DNA of 63,532 nucleotides, counting the filler, from Craspedostauros australis (lineage: Eukaryota): NCBI GenBank assembly GCA_030167865.1. It is 12 parts of 12 records of this genome, joined end to end, with 100 filler letters (N's around TTAATTAATTAA, not from the genome) between each part and the next. Parts side by side here need not be neighbours in the genome. Positions count along the whole stretch, not along the records: positions 18,063 to 28,938 come from JALAGF010005182.1; positions 29,039 to 32,416 come from JALAGF010005185.1; positions 32,517 to 42,480 come from JALAGF010005186.1; 9 more parts are not named here. One strand, written 5' to 3'. Shown one piece after another: positions 25,056 through 38,300 of the stretch. The position numbers and the translations under genes were made by a program. Positions within the stretch are counted from its first letter, which is position 1, and each line of letters begins with the position of its first letter. The notes beneath the pieces are model-generated. The model saw only the letters and a program-made list of their open reading frames with translations. It made no database searches and had not been told where the DNA came from.

Positions 25056-28000
25056 ATGAGACAGTTCCCAGGAGTGAGACAGCAGAAGAAGTGGAAGCGG
25101 AAGGATGAGGTGTCTCTGCTCGGGACTACGTCACCTTCGAACAGTCCCCCGACTTACGATCTGCAACACCATCACCATGTCGAACATCCGCAGAAGCAGA
25201 ACCGAGATGTCGGTGCTGGACTCCTGGATTGGCCATCGACTCCGCAGACGCCACAGCAGCAGCACATCTCGCCTTCGATGATCCAGCCCAGAAATCGGCA
25301 GGCTCGCAAGGTGACGACGATGGCGCAAGGGTCGGACCCGCAGTCTATAGAGAGCGCCCTGCAATTCGTGGCTGCGTACGAAGACGAGCACATCAAGGTC
25401 GTGCCTGCTCCAACACAGGCATCGGCATCCACGCCAAGCACCGTCATGTCGACTCCGTCTCCTGCTTCCACCAGACAGACGCAACGTTTGGAACACAACA
25501 GCCAAACACGCTTTCAAGCTTCATCAGCTGGCAATAGCTATACTCGTAGCAACAGCAACGGCTCCAACGACAAGAAGAAAGGATCGACGATGGGGAGGAT
25601 CGCATCGCTCTTCACGAGCCGATCTGTCGTCTATGGTGGAAAGACGGCTGCAGCACAGTCCCAATCTCCCCAGAAAAGCAGCAACAACAACAACAACAAC
25701 AACAGTACATCGGGGAACATCTCACCATCGCGGTCGTCGGAGACTTCAAGCGGTGGGTATGTTGGCTGGCCGGGCACGCAGAATAAGGACGGGGGCGTCG
25801 TCGCGGTCAAATCAAGCTTCGAGGAGAGCGAGATTGGCTTTCCACACTCGCAGGGACAGACCCAGACACTCACGCACGCTCATGCACATGCACCAGGGCA
25901 CGCAATTCGCTACGAGGATCAGATGCAGCAGGCAGCCAACCAGCAAGTCACGATGTGGATGGACAATGACGAATCGGTTGACGACTTTTCGGAACAGGAC
26001 ACTCTGTCCACGCAGTACGGCAATCCACGCGATCACGTATATGCAAATGCAAACACAAATGGATACGATCAGTCAACGCCGCCACCGCCGCCTGATAACC
26101 ATCAAACTGCTGCTGATTTCCATCTCGCAGCCGTTGTTGCTGATGCGAGAGTGTCGGCCAGTTCGCCCATCGTCAAGCAACAACAACAGCACGGCCACGC
26201 TCATTCCCCAGTGGCAGGCAATAACCGTCACTCGCCAGTTCAGCACGGCGCGCGGCCGCAGCAACTCCGCTACGATATATATGGCGACAAAGATGCTCAC
26301 GCGGATCCGGATCCCATCCAGCATCTGCATTCGGAGGACAAGGTGTCCAGTCCGAAGAGGGAGCACTGGAATGCGATAGACAATTTGTCGGATGCATCGC
26401 CGAGCACCGCGTACTCGAAAACCTCCTCTGCGTACTTCAGCTCCATGGATGTGCAAGCGAAGAACCCTGCAGTGTACGGCATCGCCGATCGCAATCGTCA
26501 CGGTGCAGCGTCCGTGATGAGAGGACTGCAGCCTCTGTACGCCAACGACAGCTATCAGACGCAGGCACAGTTGCAACCGCAGGCGCAACCGCAACCACCG
26601 ACTGCAGAAGCGTTGGCTCTCAACGACCATTTCCATCCGGCGCATCGTACGTTCAATGCCGTCAACGCCTTCGGTTTCAATAGCCTTTTGGACAAGACCC
26701 AGGATGTTCCCAACCTCATGGATGACCTGGAATCTGCGAGCACGTTCTCTCATGCCACCAGCACCCATTCGTACAACAACGCACCGGCCACCGCATCACA
26801 GCAAAAGTCGGGACAACGATTGGTGATGGTGCCGAAGAAGCACGCAGCGACGCAAGGCAGAAGACTTCGCGACCAACCCAGTACAATTGAAGAAAATGCA
26901 TCGTCGGATATCTTTGACGGGGTTCGAAGCCTGGTGTCGGCAGCGAAGGTGTCCAATATGATGAGTGCAACTGCGTTTGGTCGTTCCACGGTCCAGCCCA
27001 GAAATGCACCAACCAAGAAAGAGCAAACGAGCAAGGCTGTTACCCACAGCAACCTTGGAATTGAATCCAAGGCGACAGGAAATTACACACCGCAAGTGAA
27101 CGCCGATCCCACCTTGAACGTTGTCCTTCTTGGAGGAGGCCTTACAACGATTCAAACCACTGCGACTGACTTCACCAAACGCATCACGGCAAGCGATTAC
27201 GACGAAACGCTCAGCACCAGCGATTATGACGAATACGGCTTTGCGCAAGTGCCTTCCTTCCACACGCTCTTGGGCAACTCCGAGAATCCCAGCAACGACA
27301 ATAATGACGACGTCAACAGCAACAGCAACAACAAGAATACGAAAGCATCGTCGTCGCTGCTCGGTGCCAGCAGTCTGCGTCTCACCGAGGACTCCTTGCG
27401 CACGAACTACGAAGAGGCCGAGTCAGAATCGGGATCGTCGCTGTTTTCCAACCCGTACGGCAAGGAAGGATGGGGACCAATGTACAACGACCTGTCGAAG
27501 TATTACGTGCATCCAAACGAGATGAAGAAGGTCGTCCGGAAGTTCCGCAAGCTGTCCAAGGCACGGTGCAGCAAACTGAATGCGGCGGATCGATTCGATG
27601 AGGAGGACGCCATCAAGGCATTCGCCTTGGCAGAGATGAGGAGCCGCATCATGGAGAAGGACATCGAGCGTCGTTTGGAGCGTCGTGGATGGACCACCAT
27701 CGTGGATGACATCGTCGATACGCCACGAGGTAGAGCCGCCCTGCGCAGCCGCGACACGGTGATCGTGGCCAAGGCATGGCGCGATGGTGCGAATCCTGCC
27801 GACATCGTCCGATCCTCGCAGCTGACGCGCCGTGACGAACGCGCGTACTATCTCTGGAGACCGTCGCGGCGGCAACAACAAGGTTACTGGGAGGAAGTGC
27901 GTTGGCAGGATGATAACGAATTCTGCCTGCAGCAATGCGCCTCCGTTGGCTCGCGGTGTCTCAGAGGTCATGAGATGTTCACCATCGGTGACTGTCAGAG

Positions 28001-28938
28001 CATGCTGTTGAAACTGACGAACGATTACTGCACGGTAAGTGCCACAGCATACGAATATTGCATGGCATGCTGTGGGCGGGTATGGTTTGACATGATCCAC
28101 AATTTCAAACGCATGCCCCCACGAATACGGAACATTGTACGCAACTCAACTCACATCACATCACACGCATTCCATCTATAATCCCATCTCGTTCAAACTC
28201 CCATCTGTTATCAACTCGCACACGCGGTTCTCCACACAATTCAGGATCTGCGCGATCAACTTGATGAAGCAACAGCACGCCAGATCGATGCAGAGGACAT
28301 CATAAAGACGGAAGGAGACAGCGGTCAGGGTTTCATGACGGAGGCTGAGATGACGTATCTGAATTGCATGCAGGATGTGAAAGTCATCTCCCAGCGGCTC
28401 ATCATCGCAGAAAATGCCTTTCATTGCGTGAAGGAACGAATTGAGAATCTGGTGGCGCGGTACGAATCCATCCTCGTGAGCATCGAGAACGACACAGAGT
28501 CGATGGTGGCATCGTCTGTGATGACGTACGAGAGTTCGTGCTACTCTGAAGATTGCGACGATGAATCCTACGATCACCATCGTGAAAATGAGACGCTGGC
28601 GAGGAGAGCCCAAAGGGCAGAACTTCGAGCCGAATTAGCCGCTCGTGAGGCCATGCTCGCCAAGGAGGAAACGCGTCTCGTGCGGGAGGAGAAAGAACGC
28701 GAGGTGCAGGATCTTCGCATGAAGCTGCAGGACTTGCAGTCCGAGGCTTCCACGGCCATCTCCCAACACCAACGATCCATCCTCGTCCGGGCCATGAGCT
28801 CTTCCAACGTGCGTTCCGCGGCCGGCAGCAGCGCCATGACCGACACCAACCGATCGAAGATAGACGAAGTGAAGCAACGGTTCCGAGCCAAGTCGCAGGC
28901 ACGCATGAGCGGTGCCGCCATCAAGTCTCAGCAGCAGC
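25056..28938 (+). CDS. Large two-exon hypothetical protein (disordered N-terminus, helical/coiled-coil C-terminus), 3' truncated
   Basis: Exon 1 is 25056-28034, the intron GTAAGT...TTCAG is 28035-28244, and exon 2 starts in frame at 28245 (DLRDQLDEATARQ...MTEAEMTYL...RRAQRAELRAELAARE). Confidence 0.85.
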
Positions 28939-29038
28939 NNNNNNNNNNNNNNNNNNNNNNNNNNNNNNNNNNNNNNNNNNNNTTAATTAATTAANNNNNN
29001 NNNNNNNNNNNNNNNNNNNNNNNNNNNNNNNNNNNNNN

Positions 29039-29438
29039 TTCACCCGCGGAACGGTGGCAGATCCTGCAAAGGATCGGATCTCCTCCAAACCAAATCAAGA
29101 AAGCCATCACGCGTTCCAAGTTACTGCAGGAGCGACGGCTTGAGACGAATCTGCTGTACGACATCGAAGTGGCGCAGCATCAGGCCTGGCAAAAGATGTG
29201 GACTCAGCCACGACACGCGATGTACTCGTCGCATGAGCTGCGCGAGGTGATGGGCATCGATCACGCGTACGCTGCGGCCAGCAGCCCAATCCAATTGCCG
29301 CGACACAGATCGTCGGTGTTGTTGCATCAAATGTCACCCAACTATGCTTCGCCCAACCAATCGCCATCGTATACGAACGTGATGAAGCGTCGTCTCGATT
29401 CCGATATCACAAGGCACATCCAGTCCGTGCCATTTTAA
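29039..29438 (+). CDS. 3' end of a hypothetical protein (copy 1)
   Basis: Open frame from the contig start SPAERWQILQRIGSPPNQIKKAITRSKLLQERRLET... to QSVPF*, conserved in frame in the second copy at 48810-49411. Confidence 0.65.
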
Positions 29439-30426
29439 TAGCATGCCCATGCTGCCCTTGCAAAGAGAGATCCACTCGGAATCACTCAAAGCAATGCACT
29501 TGAGTGCAATTGCAAAATGGGATGGGATAGTGTGGTGTGGCAGTAACAGATAACATCACCTCTCTCTCTCTCTCTCTGGTGTTGTTTGACGGAGGTCGTC
29601 CGAGTACCCAATCTCTTGCCTCCCGCAACAGTGAGAATCAACGACGAATGAGAACAGAATCAAGGTGTTTGGAAAAGTGTGGGGCTTGTGCCATCTTGTG
29701 CACACGCATTTCTCTCCTTCAACTTTATCACCGGAATCGTCGCGACCACCAATGACGTAGTTTTGTTCGGTGGAACTCTAATTGCTTGGACAGCTGATTC
29801 GTCAGTTGAGTTCTCTGGACAGAATCTGTGACTTTTCGCGTGCGCTTGTGGATTCATGACGCAGTTCGCGTTTGTCTGCCGCATAATTATCAATGTCACT
29901 CAGACAAGAAAAGGCATCGCAACAAGATAGCGAAGATGGAGGTGTCTTGCGCACAATTTGCCTGTCCGAACAACGCATCCGATCAACACCATGACGCATG
30001 TCACGAGTTGTGGTGCCCGCGCGTTTTGTTCCTCCAAACCTTCCCACAACCAGTCTGCCTCCAACACACACAGAGAGGGGGCTGGAGCGTCTGATCATTC
30101 ACAAGAGGACACGAGTGTCAGCACGGTATGGAACTGCGTTTCTGGGAATGCCAAACGCATAGCCACTCCTCAGCCAGGTCATTCACCACGAAGAAAGCAA
30201 CGACTGCTGTGGCGACATCATCACCATCCTCCTCCTCCTCCTCCTCCGAAGCAGACGGTCAGAGCACCATCTCTCCAAGAGCGCGATTATTCGCACGAGT
30301 AGATAGTGATAGATAGTGATAGATGGAGAGAGAGAGACCCCCGCATCCTCGTACCTCCGTTCATGCCTCCATTCGTACCTGCACTCACTGCCAACAAGTC
30401 AATCACAAACAAACGAACCCGATGCG

Positions 30427-32416
30427 ATGGGACAGGATCGCACAGATGCGCAGTACATAGCGATGGGGGTCGCGATGACGACATCCAGCCTGCTCTCCAT
30501 CGTGGGATCATCCTTGATCATCTACATGNCCAGACGNGACCTATCCTTGGTCTACCATCGCATCCTCATCGTGATCTCCATCGCNGACATCATCGCTGGT
30601 GCATTCAATGCGGTCCATCTCTTCCTCGTCCCGTCCGACCGCACGGACAGCCCCATCGCATTCGGAAACGACACGACGTGCACCATGCTCGGTTTCGCCC
30701 TCAACAGCGCCCCCATGATCATCACACCATACAACACCTTCCTGGCCGTCAACTTTCTGCTGCAGATACGGTACCGATGGACGAATCGACAAATTGCGAC
30801 GCAGATCGAGNNNNNNNNNNNNNNNNNNNNNNNNNNNNNNNNNNNNNNNNNNNNNNNNNNGCAGTACATAGCGATGGGGGTCGCGATGACGACATCCAGC
30901 CTGCTCTCCATCGTGGGATCATCCTTGATCATCTACATGGCCAGACGTGACCTATCCTTGGTCTACCATCGCATCCTCATCGTGATCTCCATCGCAGACA
31001 TCATCGCTGGTGCATTCAATGCGGTCCATCTCTTCCTCGTCCCGTCCGACCGCACGGACAGCCCCATCGCATTCGGAAACGACACGACGTGCACCATGCT
31101 CGGTTTCGCCCTCAACAGCGCCCCCATGATCATCACACCATACAACACCTTCCTGGCCGTCAACTTTCTGCTGCAGATACGGTACCGATGGACGAATCGA
31201 CAAATTGCGACGCAGATCGAGCTGTACGTCTTCCTCCTCACGATTCTCATGGCCGTCTGCATTCCCAGCGTCGGGCTCCTGCAGAATTCATTCGCATTGA
31301 ACTACCTCAGCGGGTATTGTATCTTTGGCACGTATTCGGAAACGTGTACTACAGAAGAAGTAGTGGTATTGCTTCAGGATGACATGCACAATGCTACGAC
31401 TACGACAACAACGATATGGCACTGCACACCCGACGCACTGAGTCTCGATTTGCTCAGCATCATCGTTTCGTTCCTCGTCGGTATCATCGCGACTCTGGGT
31501 ATCGCCAGCACGTACGCGCTGTACAGCTCGGTCTATTCAACGTACACAGCCAATGCGCGGTATGCAACGGATATTGAGCCGGTTGTCAGCGAATCCATGG
31601 CAATGACGGTCGCAGACAGCGCGGAAGAGATTGTTGCACGGCGAAAGAGGAAACGAAAGCGATCGTCCATCACATCGAAGCTGCAACAGGAACGATTCAA
31701 GCAGATCACGCAGCAGTGCATCCTGTACGGATTGTGAGTTTGGTCGGTGGGAGGGGAGCAGGTCACTCCTGCCATGGTTGTGCTTCGTATGGGCATGGAG
31801 CACTTGCACATGCAGCGTATCCTCTACAATGCTCTCTCTTTGATTTGATTTGATTTGATTTGATTAGATGTATCCATGTTGGTTCTATCCTTGGCGATCC
31901 ATTTTGAGTCTCCATTCAGTGCATCGTGCTTCTGCTCATCTCTCTCCCTCCTTTGCCCCCAACTCTACCAACACAACTTAACTGATAAACACTTGCCCCT
32001 ATGCAGAGCCTTCGGAAACACATCCATCTGGCCGATGGCATTCACGATCGTCGACCTCACAATGGAGACNCAAGACAAGTTGGGTTCGCCGGGGATCTTC
32101 CTGCTGGTCTTCCTCACGTGCGTCTTCATGCCGTTGCAGGGTGCATTCAATTTCATTGTTTTCATTTGGCCCAAGTACCAACGCGTGCACAAGCTGCTGC
32201 GGAAACCCATGGGATCGCATGACATGATGATGCACTCTGTCGAATCGAATGGCAACTCCATTGTGGGAAGCAGCGAGATGCAGCATGCAACCTCGTTGGC
32301 GAAACAGAGCACAAGCAGCACCAGCGAGATGTATGGCAACACCGGTGTCGCAGAGAAAAAGGGCGACAGCATGAGGTGGTTCAGGATCATCCTCATGATC
32401 ATCCAAGATGAGGATG
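30427..32416 (+). CDS. GPCR-like seven-transmembrane receptor (Git3/cAMP-receptor-like, diatom type), copy 1, 3' truncated
   Basis: SSLLSIVGSSLIIY, YHRILIVISIAD, AFGNDTTC, GYCIF, ILYGL|AF, FMPLQGAFNFIVFIWPKY. Intron GTGAGT...ATGCAG at 31734-32006. The apparent internal duplication around the 30811-30860 gap is an assembly overlap. Confidence 0.85.
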
Positions 32417-34006
32417 NNNNNNNNNNNNNNNNNNNNNNNNNNNNNNNNNNNNNNNNNNNNTTAATTAATTAANNNNNNNNNNNNNNNNNNNNNNNNNNNN
32501 NNNNNNNNNNNNNNNNGCGATTTGCACAATGATGGCTGCCACAACAGGAAAGGTCAAAATCAACCGACAAGCACTGAAACACAACAAAGGAAACAACACT
32601 ACCGCCACCAGTCTCTTTCCGCGTCGTGCCATCAGCTCAGCAAGGAGAGAGATACAGGTTGCGCAGGACTTTGTATGTACAAACTAAGCTTAACATTAAA
32701 TAGTATAATATCATACAATATTTTGCATACCACAGGATNNNNNNNNNNNNNNNNNNNNNNNNNNNNNNNNNNNNNNNNNNNNNNNNNNCAAGTGTTGCTG
32801 TTGCTGTGAACATGGACGTGCAGGGACGCTGCCACCAACGCTGCCACCAACGCTGTGCTGTTTGACACAACAAGGAAGCACACAACAGAACCAAATCACC
32901 AACAACGCAAGGAATCAAGGCAACACCGAATCTGCGACAACGTCACCATCCACACCATTGGATTCCATTGCCGTCTGATATCGACCGTCAAAGACGTCAT
33001 CAATTTCGTCCGCGGTGAAGACAAGTCAGCCAGGTATTTGTGTCGTATAAGCTAGCTAAATATATCTAACCCTAATTGACAACACGCTGTATCGTTATCT
33101 AAAAATATCACGTTTTACGATGTCAAATCCGCAAAAACGTACGATTCTATCCTGAATGGGGCCATACAGCCAATGCGATGGAATGCCTCTGCAACGTCCG
33201 CAGCAATTCACAGGACCGCACCTCGTGTGTCAGCACGAAACCGCCTCGTTTCGAATTGTGTTCTGTCCGTATCGGGATGATGGCGACTGGCCGTCAACGG
33301 TGCGTCATTCGCGATGACCACCTCGTGACTTGGACGAGTCACGCAATCTAACTTCGTTCTAGAGAGATCAAAGATGAATTGTCGCCGCCAACACTGCAAG
33401 CCGTCAATCCGATAAGCCCAAACACGGTGCCGATGGTGGATCAAACCGGCTGGGCAGTGGCGCGATACACGCATACCCATGGCCAGTAAAAGGGGCGGAG
33501 ATGCACTATCTCCATTGCGAGAGGCCATACTTGGAGACCCATCGCACATTGGATTCTCCGATCGCGGAGGATCGGGCACTCCAGTGAAGGTGACGGTGCA
33601 TCCGGATCGCACTCGCTTCGGCGAGGTGCGATGTGCGTCAAGTGTGAGCTCTGGTTGCGGGGGCCTCTCTCCACCAACAGCATCTGCGAGTCTGCTTGCG
33701 ATAGTAATAGTATCATGCATCATTGAATGGACCGAGCTGTAGAGTAGGCTGTGCCGAGCCCTTGATGAAAACACGCAGTGCGGATAAGGACGCGGATGCG
33801 GATGCTTTGGTGTTATTATACTGCTATTGCTTACTAACTATTCTATGCTGCGAATTGGGGTACAAAATTGGTTTACGTAGTTCTGCCTCGAGGCTTTTGC
33901 CGTTGGGGGGTATCGGATGGACAAACTCTCCTCTCGATGGTGTTTGTTGACTGATCCCAACATGTGGGCTGTGCTACCTATGAGTCATGAACTGAAGATT
34001 GTCTCT

Positions 34007-34915
34007 CTAGCACGATCGCTGTGGCTGTCGCTGTTGCTGCTGCATCGCCCGTCGCTGCTTTCGGACCTGCATCTCCTTGCGCAGGCTCTTCTTCCAAATG
34101 AGTTCCTTGCAGGATTGGAAATTGCGCGACGTGCAGATCGTGACGGCCTTGTTCTTGCCGAAACATGGCATGGGAAAGCCGCCTCTTGTCGTGGTGGTGA
34201 CGACGGGACAGCTGTTGCGTCGCAGATGCTGGCTTCTGCGGTCCATCATGATCCTCTTCTTCAATGGTCCGCGGCGGTTTGGCGATGCCTTGTGCGGTGA
34301 CACCGTCTTGGCTTCGACGATCGCCACGGCTTCGGAAAGTGCCATGAGCGGTGATGTGGACGTGTCGAGCGAAATTGCGCGTGGTCGTGCGGTCACTCGC
34401 TTCGTCTTCGGTTTCGATCGTGGACGCGACGTGCTGTGGATGGAAGGGTTGTTGGCAGTTTTTGGAGGCGTTCTTGTTGTGAGAGCTGAAGGAGGCTGCT
34501 GTGGCAAGTGCGATGGGCTTGCTGGTGCCGACGCAGGGTGCAGACGCGCCATCGTTGCTACCATTGCTGGTGCTGGCGTTGCGCCATGGAATGGAGAGGT
34601 GTTGCCAGGTGTGACGATTCTGTGATGCATCGTGGTGGCGAATGGATGGGCGAGTGCTCTTGATGGTGCTGCTGTTCCGTTCCATTGGCGGTACAGAGGA
34701 AGCGTGGCCAGCGAGAGTGGCATCGGTGGGAGCGGGGAGAAGATCATCGGCTTGGTCACCGCAGGGAATCGGTTGTACTGCGTGGCAACGGGTGCTGGCG
34801 ATGCGCCGTACTGCTGTGGTGCTGCCGCGGTCATTGTCTTCGTTGGGTACATGGCACGCATGGGTACTGCGCCTGTGACCGAGGTTGGGCTTGAGGTTGT
34901 TGTGTGCGCAATCAT
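34007..34915 (-). CDS. Hypothetical Pro/Ala/Ser-rich protein with PLKKR and GGFPMP motifs
   Basis: ORF of ~300 codons from the ATG at 34915, with a CA-rich leader upstream, low-complexity N-terminus and basic C-terminus. Confidence 0.6.
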   Translation of the reverse strand: MIAHTTTSSPTSVTGAVPMRAMYPTKTMTAAAPQQYGASPAPVATQYNRFPAVTKPMIFSPLPPMPLSLATLPLYRQWNGTAAPSRALAHPFATTMHHRIVTPGNTSPFHGATPAPAMVATMARLHPASAPASPSHLPQQPPSALTTRTPPKTANNPSIHSTSRPRSKPKTKRVTARPRAISLDTSTSPLMALSEAVAIVEAKTVSPHKASPNRRGPLKKRIMMDRRSQHLRRNSCPVVTTTTRGGFPMPCFGKNKAVTICTSRNFQSCKELIWKKSLRKEMQVRKQRRAMQQQQRQPQRSC

Positions 34916-37900
34916 GATGAGATGGGAAGTGTTTGGCTTGGCTCGGGCTGGCTTGAATTGGTTTGGCTTGGGTTTCAATTGCTCTGTGTTGAAAATTGTG
35001 AGAATGAGGATGGCGCAGCCTGGAGCGAAATGAAATCGAGTGAAATGAAATGAAGGCAGTGTCGTCGCGGCGGTTCATCGACCACCACACACATGGCGCG
35101 TTCATGTGGACAGCGTTGGCCAACGCCGAAATACGGGCACAAGACGATGTCGAACAGAGAGGGAACACAACATCACACCACACAGAACACAGGCATCACA
35201 CATCGCGCAATGCTCTGCTTGACACGCCAAACATACTCCTCCAAGCTGGTGGACTCGTGGGAGGCTCCGCAACAGTTCAACAGTTCAACAACAGCAACGA
35301 CAATCAACGACCAACTTCAAACCCCGCGAAGACAACATGCGACATTCATCACACAGTGTTTCTGAGGAAACACAAAATCGTCCTCACATTTTGACATTTC
35401 TACGCTTCTCACGGACGCCCTACTGCCTCCTGCTTCGACGAACAGTGGGAGACTAATCCGATTTGGCGTTGGCCCAACAGATTGTCTACACCATATGTGC
35501 CTGATGACCGCTTCGGTCAACCGGCGAGATTTCACTTATGCTGAGGCTCGTATCAATCTGATTGTTTTGCCGAATGCATAAGTGGAAACATGACCGCTTC
35601 GGGCTGAGAGAATTCTGCTAGAAGGGCGTTGTTGTCAGTTGGGACCGTTGCGCATCCAAAAAAAACAGTCACACAAACTGATGGAACAACGATGATGCGC
35701 AAACGGATCCTTCTCTGCATGAACACATCATCGTCTCTTTGGCATTTCGCTTGCCACTTCGATCCTGTCGAAAGGTGAACATGGAAAGAGCCACCAAGGA
35801 GCAAGCACAACACAATCCACTCTCCATACTTGCGATCTTCCACCTTCTGGCAGGACATCAAGCAGTTTCATCTTTCGGATACCAACGCCCATACGAGCTA
35901 TGCGAGGCGCGAGGAGCCGTCGTAAGATCAGGGTACGCGCGCGGAGCAGACTCGGCTGCTCTTCCCTATGATGGTCACACGAACAGCGCGAACAAACATC
36001 GTTCGCCGCGTCCTTTTGATTCTCCTTGCGGGCTCGTGTCAGTACTACTATTATCCAGCCCAGGGAGGCATCGTGCGCCCGGTTTGTTGTCGGCTGTGCC
36101 AATCCTCCATTCCTTCTTCAGTCTTTCATGGGTCATCATGCTTGCATCCCGCATGTCGTCAGCGACGAGTACTCTGCGCGCAACGAGTTGTACCGGGGCT
36201 CAGACTGAAGGCTGCCACTGTGTCGGATGTGGTGCGATGCCATGCGACCGTGCGTACTCCCGTCGTGTCATAGTCGTACGAATACATGTATAGTAGCTCG
36301 TGCGTGCCAACCCTTGACGAGCGGGCGTCGTGCTTGTAAACATCATGATGCGAGCCAAGACAAACTCAATTCGTACCCACACACGGCAGAAGACCAAAGT
36401 AGCGATAGACAAAAAGAGACAGAGTCTCAGAGACGACGATCAAATCAAGAGTACAGATAGAGAGATGAATTGGCGGAAACGCAGCAACAACTGCTCGGAA
36501 TCGTGCACTCTGTGTGAGTGATGCCTGCATTGTAATCGTAGCAAGAAGGTGCAACTACAAGTGGACATTCCAGACATCGGAAGCTCCAGAGTCGGAAACA
36601 AAGGATCACGACCAGTCCAAAGTGTCGCTCTTCGTGTTGACGGAACGATGTGCACACCTTGCTGTTGTTGCTGCTGCAGTTTATGTCCGACGTTGACAGT
36701 GGGCCCGGTGCAGCGACCATGTTCGGTGCCACCACCAATCCACAAGAATAATTTGGCTCGCTTGGTTCTTCCACTCCAGAGTTGCGGTGCGTTGCGTTCC
36801 TCTTTGGCTCTGCCCAACCGTTTGCCCACCCACACCCACCCACGGAACAGGAATAGTCCGAGGCCATGGCCTTTGGGGTGGAAGAGTCTCTCGTTGCCGC
36901 CGCATGTGTCATGGCAATGTGCAACGATACCGCATCTTGTGTGGGGCGCAATCCACCCAGACATCGCAGCGAACTCATTCCGATTGAAATGCCGGTTTTG
37001 TTTGACCTGTCCACCTTGATGGGCGCTGGTGGAGTGTTGCACATCGTCGGTGATAGCGTCTGTGCGACGCTGACAGACTCGCAGAGGAGAAGCAACAGCG
37101 GCAACCATGCCGGCCACAATCGAACCGACATGCCATGATCCTCCATGTCCATCAATCCCAATGACTTTAAATCCTGTCCGACAAACAACACGCGCATACT
37201 CATCGTTTTTGGTCTTGGACGAACCTCTTGTTTCCAACATGTAGACTTCTTGCACAGTACCTCCAATTCACAACGGGGAGTACCAAATGTTAGAAGGACC
37301 AACTATTCAGCAACTTGCGTTCGAAGTATTCAAATCACGACTCTTTGCTGGTTCGTCGTTTGATGCTGACGTCATCAATACAGGAACGGAAACAACACGA
37401 CAAAACGGGACAGGTTTGTTGCCAAATTCGTGTTTGGCGGATGGTATCGCCAAGAAGCCAAAGACGGACACGTGAAACTGCATGCCGTGATGTCGCTTCG
37501 CAGCGAACAAGAATCGTGAACAAAACCATGGCGATGGAAGAAATGAAAATGAAACAGCACAGAGGAACACAGGCGCCTTCATCGTTGCCGTTGCCGTTGC
37601 TGTTTGAGAGAAGAACAACAAGGACTGCCGTCCACCATTCGATGACCACTGCGTACTCTGCCTGTACCCAAAGACACTCCCAATCCAACGCGCACTGGCA
37701 TTTGCGCAGGGACAGAGGCAGAGACCGCCACTCAAAAGGACCGTCCATCCTTTCTCACGATTCCCATCCATGACATTGCGAGTTGCCAATAGTACTCAGG
37801 TCTGCACCATCATCATCATCATCATCATCATAGTAGTAGACAGCTGTTGAGCAAGAAACCATCCCGTGATACTTGGTTGGCATTGCACGAAGAGAATCCA

Positions 37901-38220
37901 CCAAGAGTGAGTATTGCCAATGCGTGGAGTCCTTTCCATTGAAGTTCCCAAGATTCAAGCAGTGCCGTCGTCTCCAGAGAGAGAGAGAGAGAGAGAGTAC
38001 CAAGACGGTTGCGGGCTGCAAGAGCGTTCTTTCGGATGGGAGGAATGGCTGGATGAGAAAGTCTTGATCGTCGTTCATGTGATCTTCTTTCTCATTCTTT
38101 GCTGCGCTTCCACTTTCCACCAATCCATCTCAACTCATTCAAATGCGCTCAACCTCATTCATTTCTTGATTTCTGCAGAACAGACAACTACACAACAATA
38201 CAACATTACGACACATTAAT

Positions 38221-38285
38221 AGCACCAATCGTAGCAACAACAATAGCAATAGCAACAATAGCAACAATAGCAATAGCAACAACAA
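38221..38285. repeat. (AGCAAC/AAT)-type microsatellite in the 5' leader of the ankyrin gene
   Basis: agcaacaacaatagcaatagcaacaatagcaacaatagcaatagcaac read directly. Confidence 0.8.
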
Positions 38286-38300
38286 GAATAGTGGGAACAC

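Noticed and set aside
30450..31221. Internal duplication giving a GPCR with extra TM helices
   Set aside because: Exact gap-flanking overlap, absent from the second copy at 45930-47797.
36445..37302. 285-aa minus-strand ORF with signal-peptide-like LWPAWLPLLLLLC
   Set aside because: Overlapping ORFs of similar length in other frames, no motif or evident codon bias; possible but unsupported.
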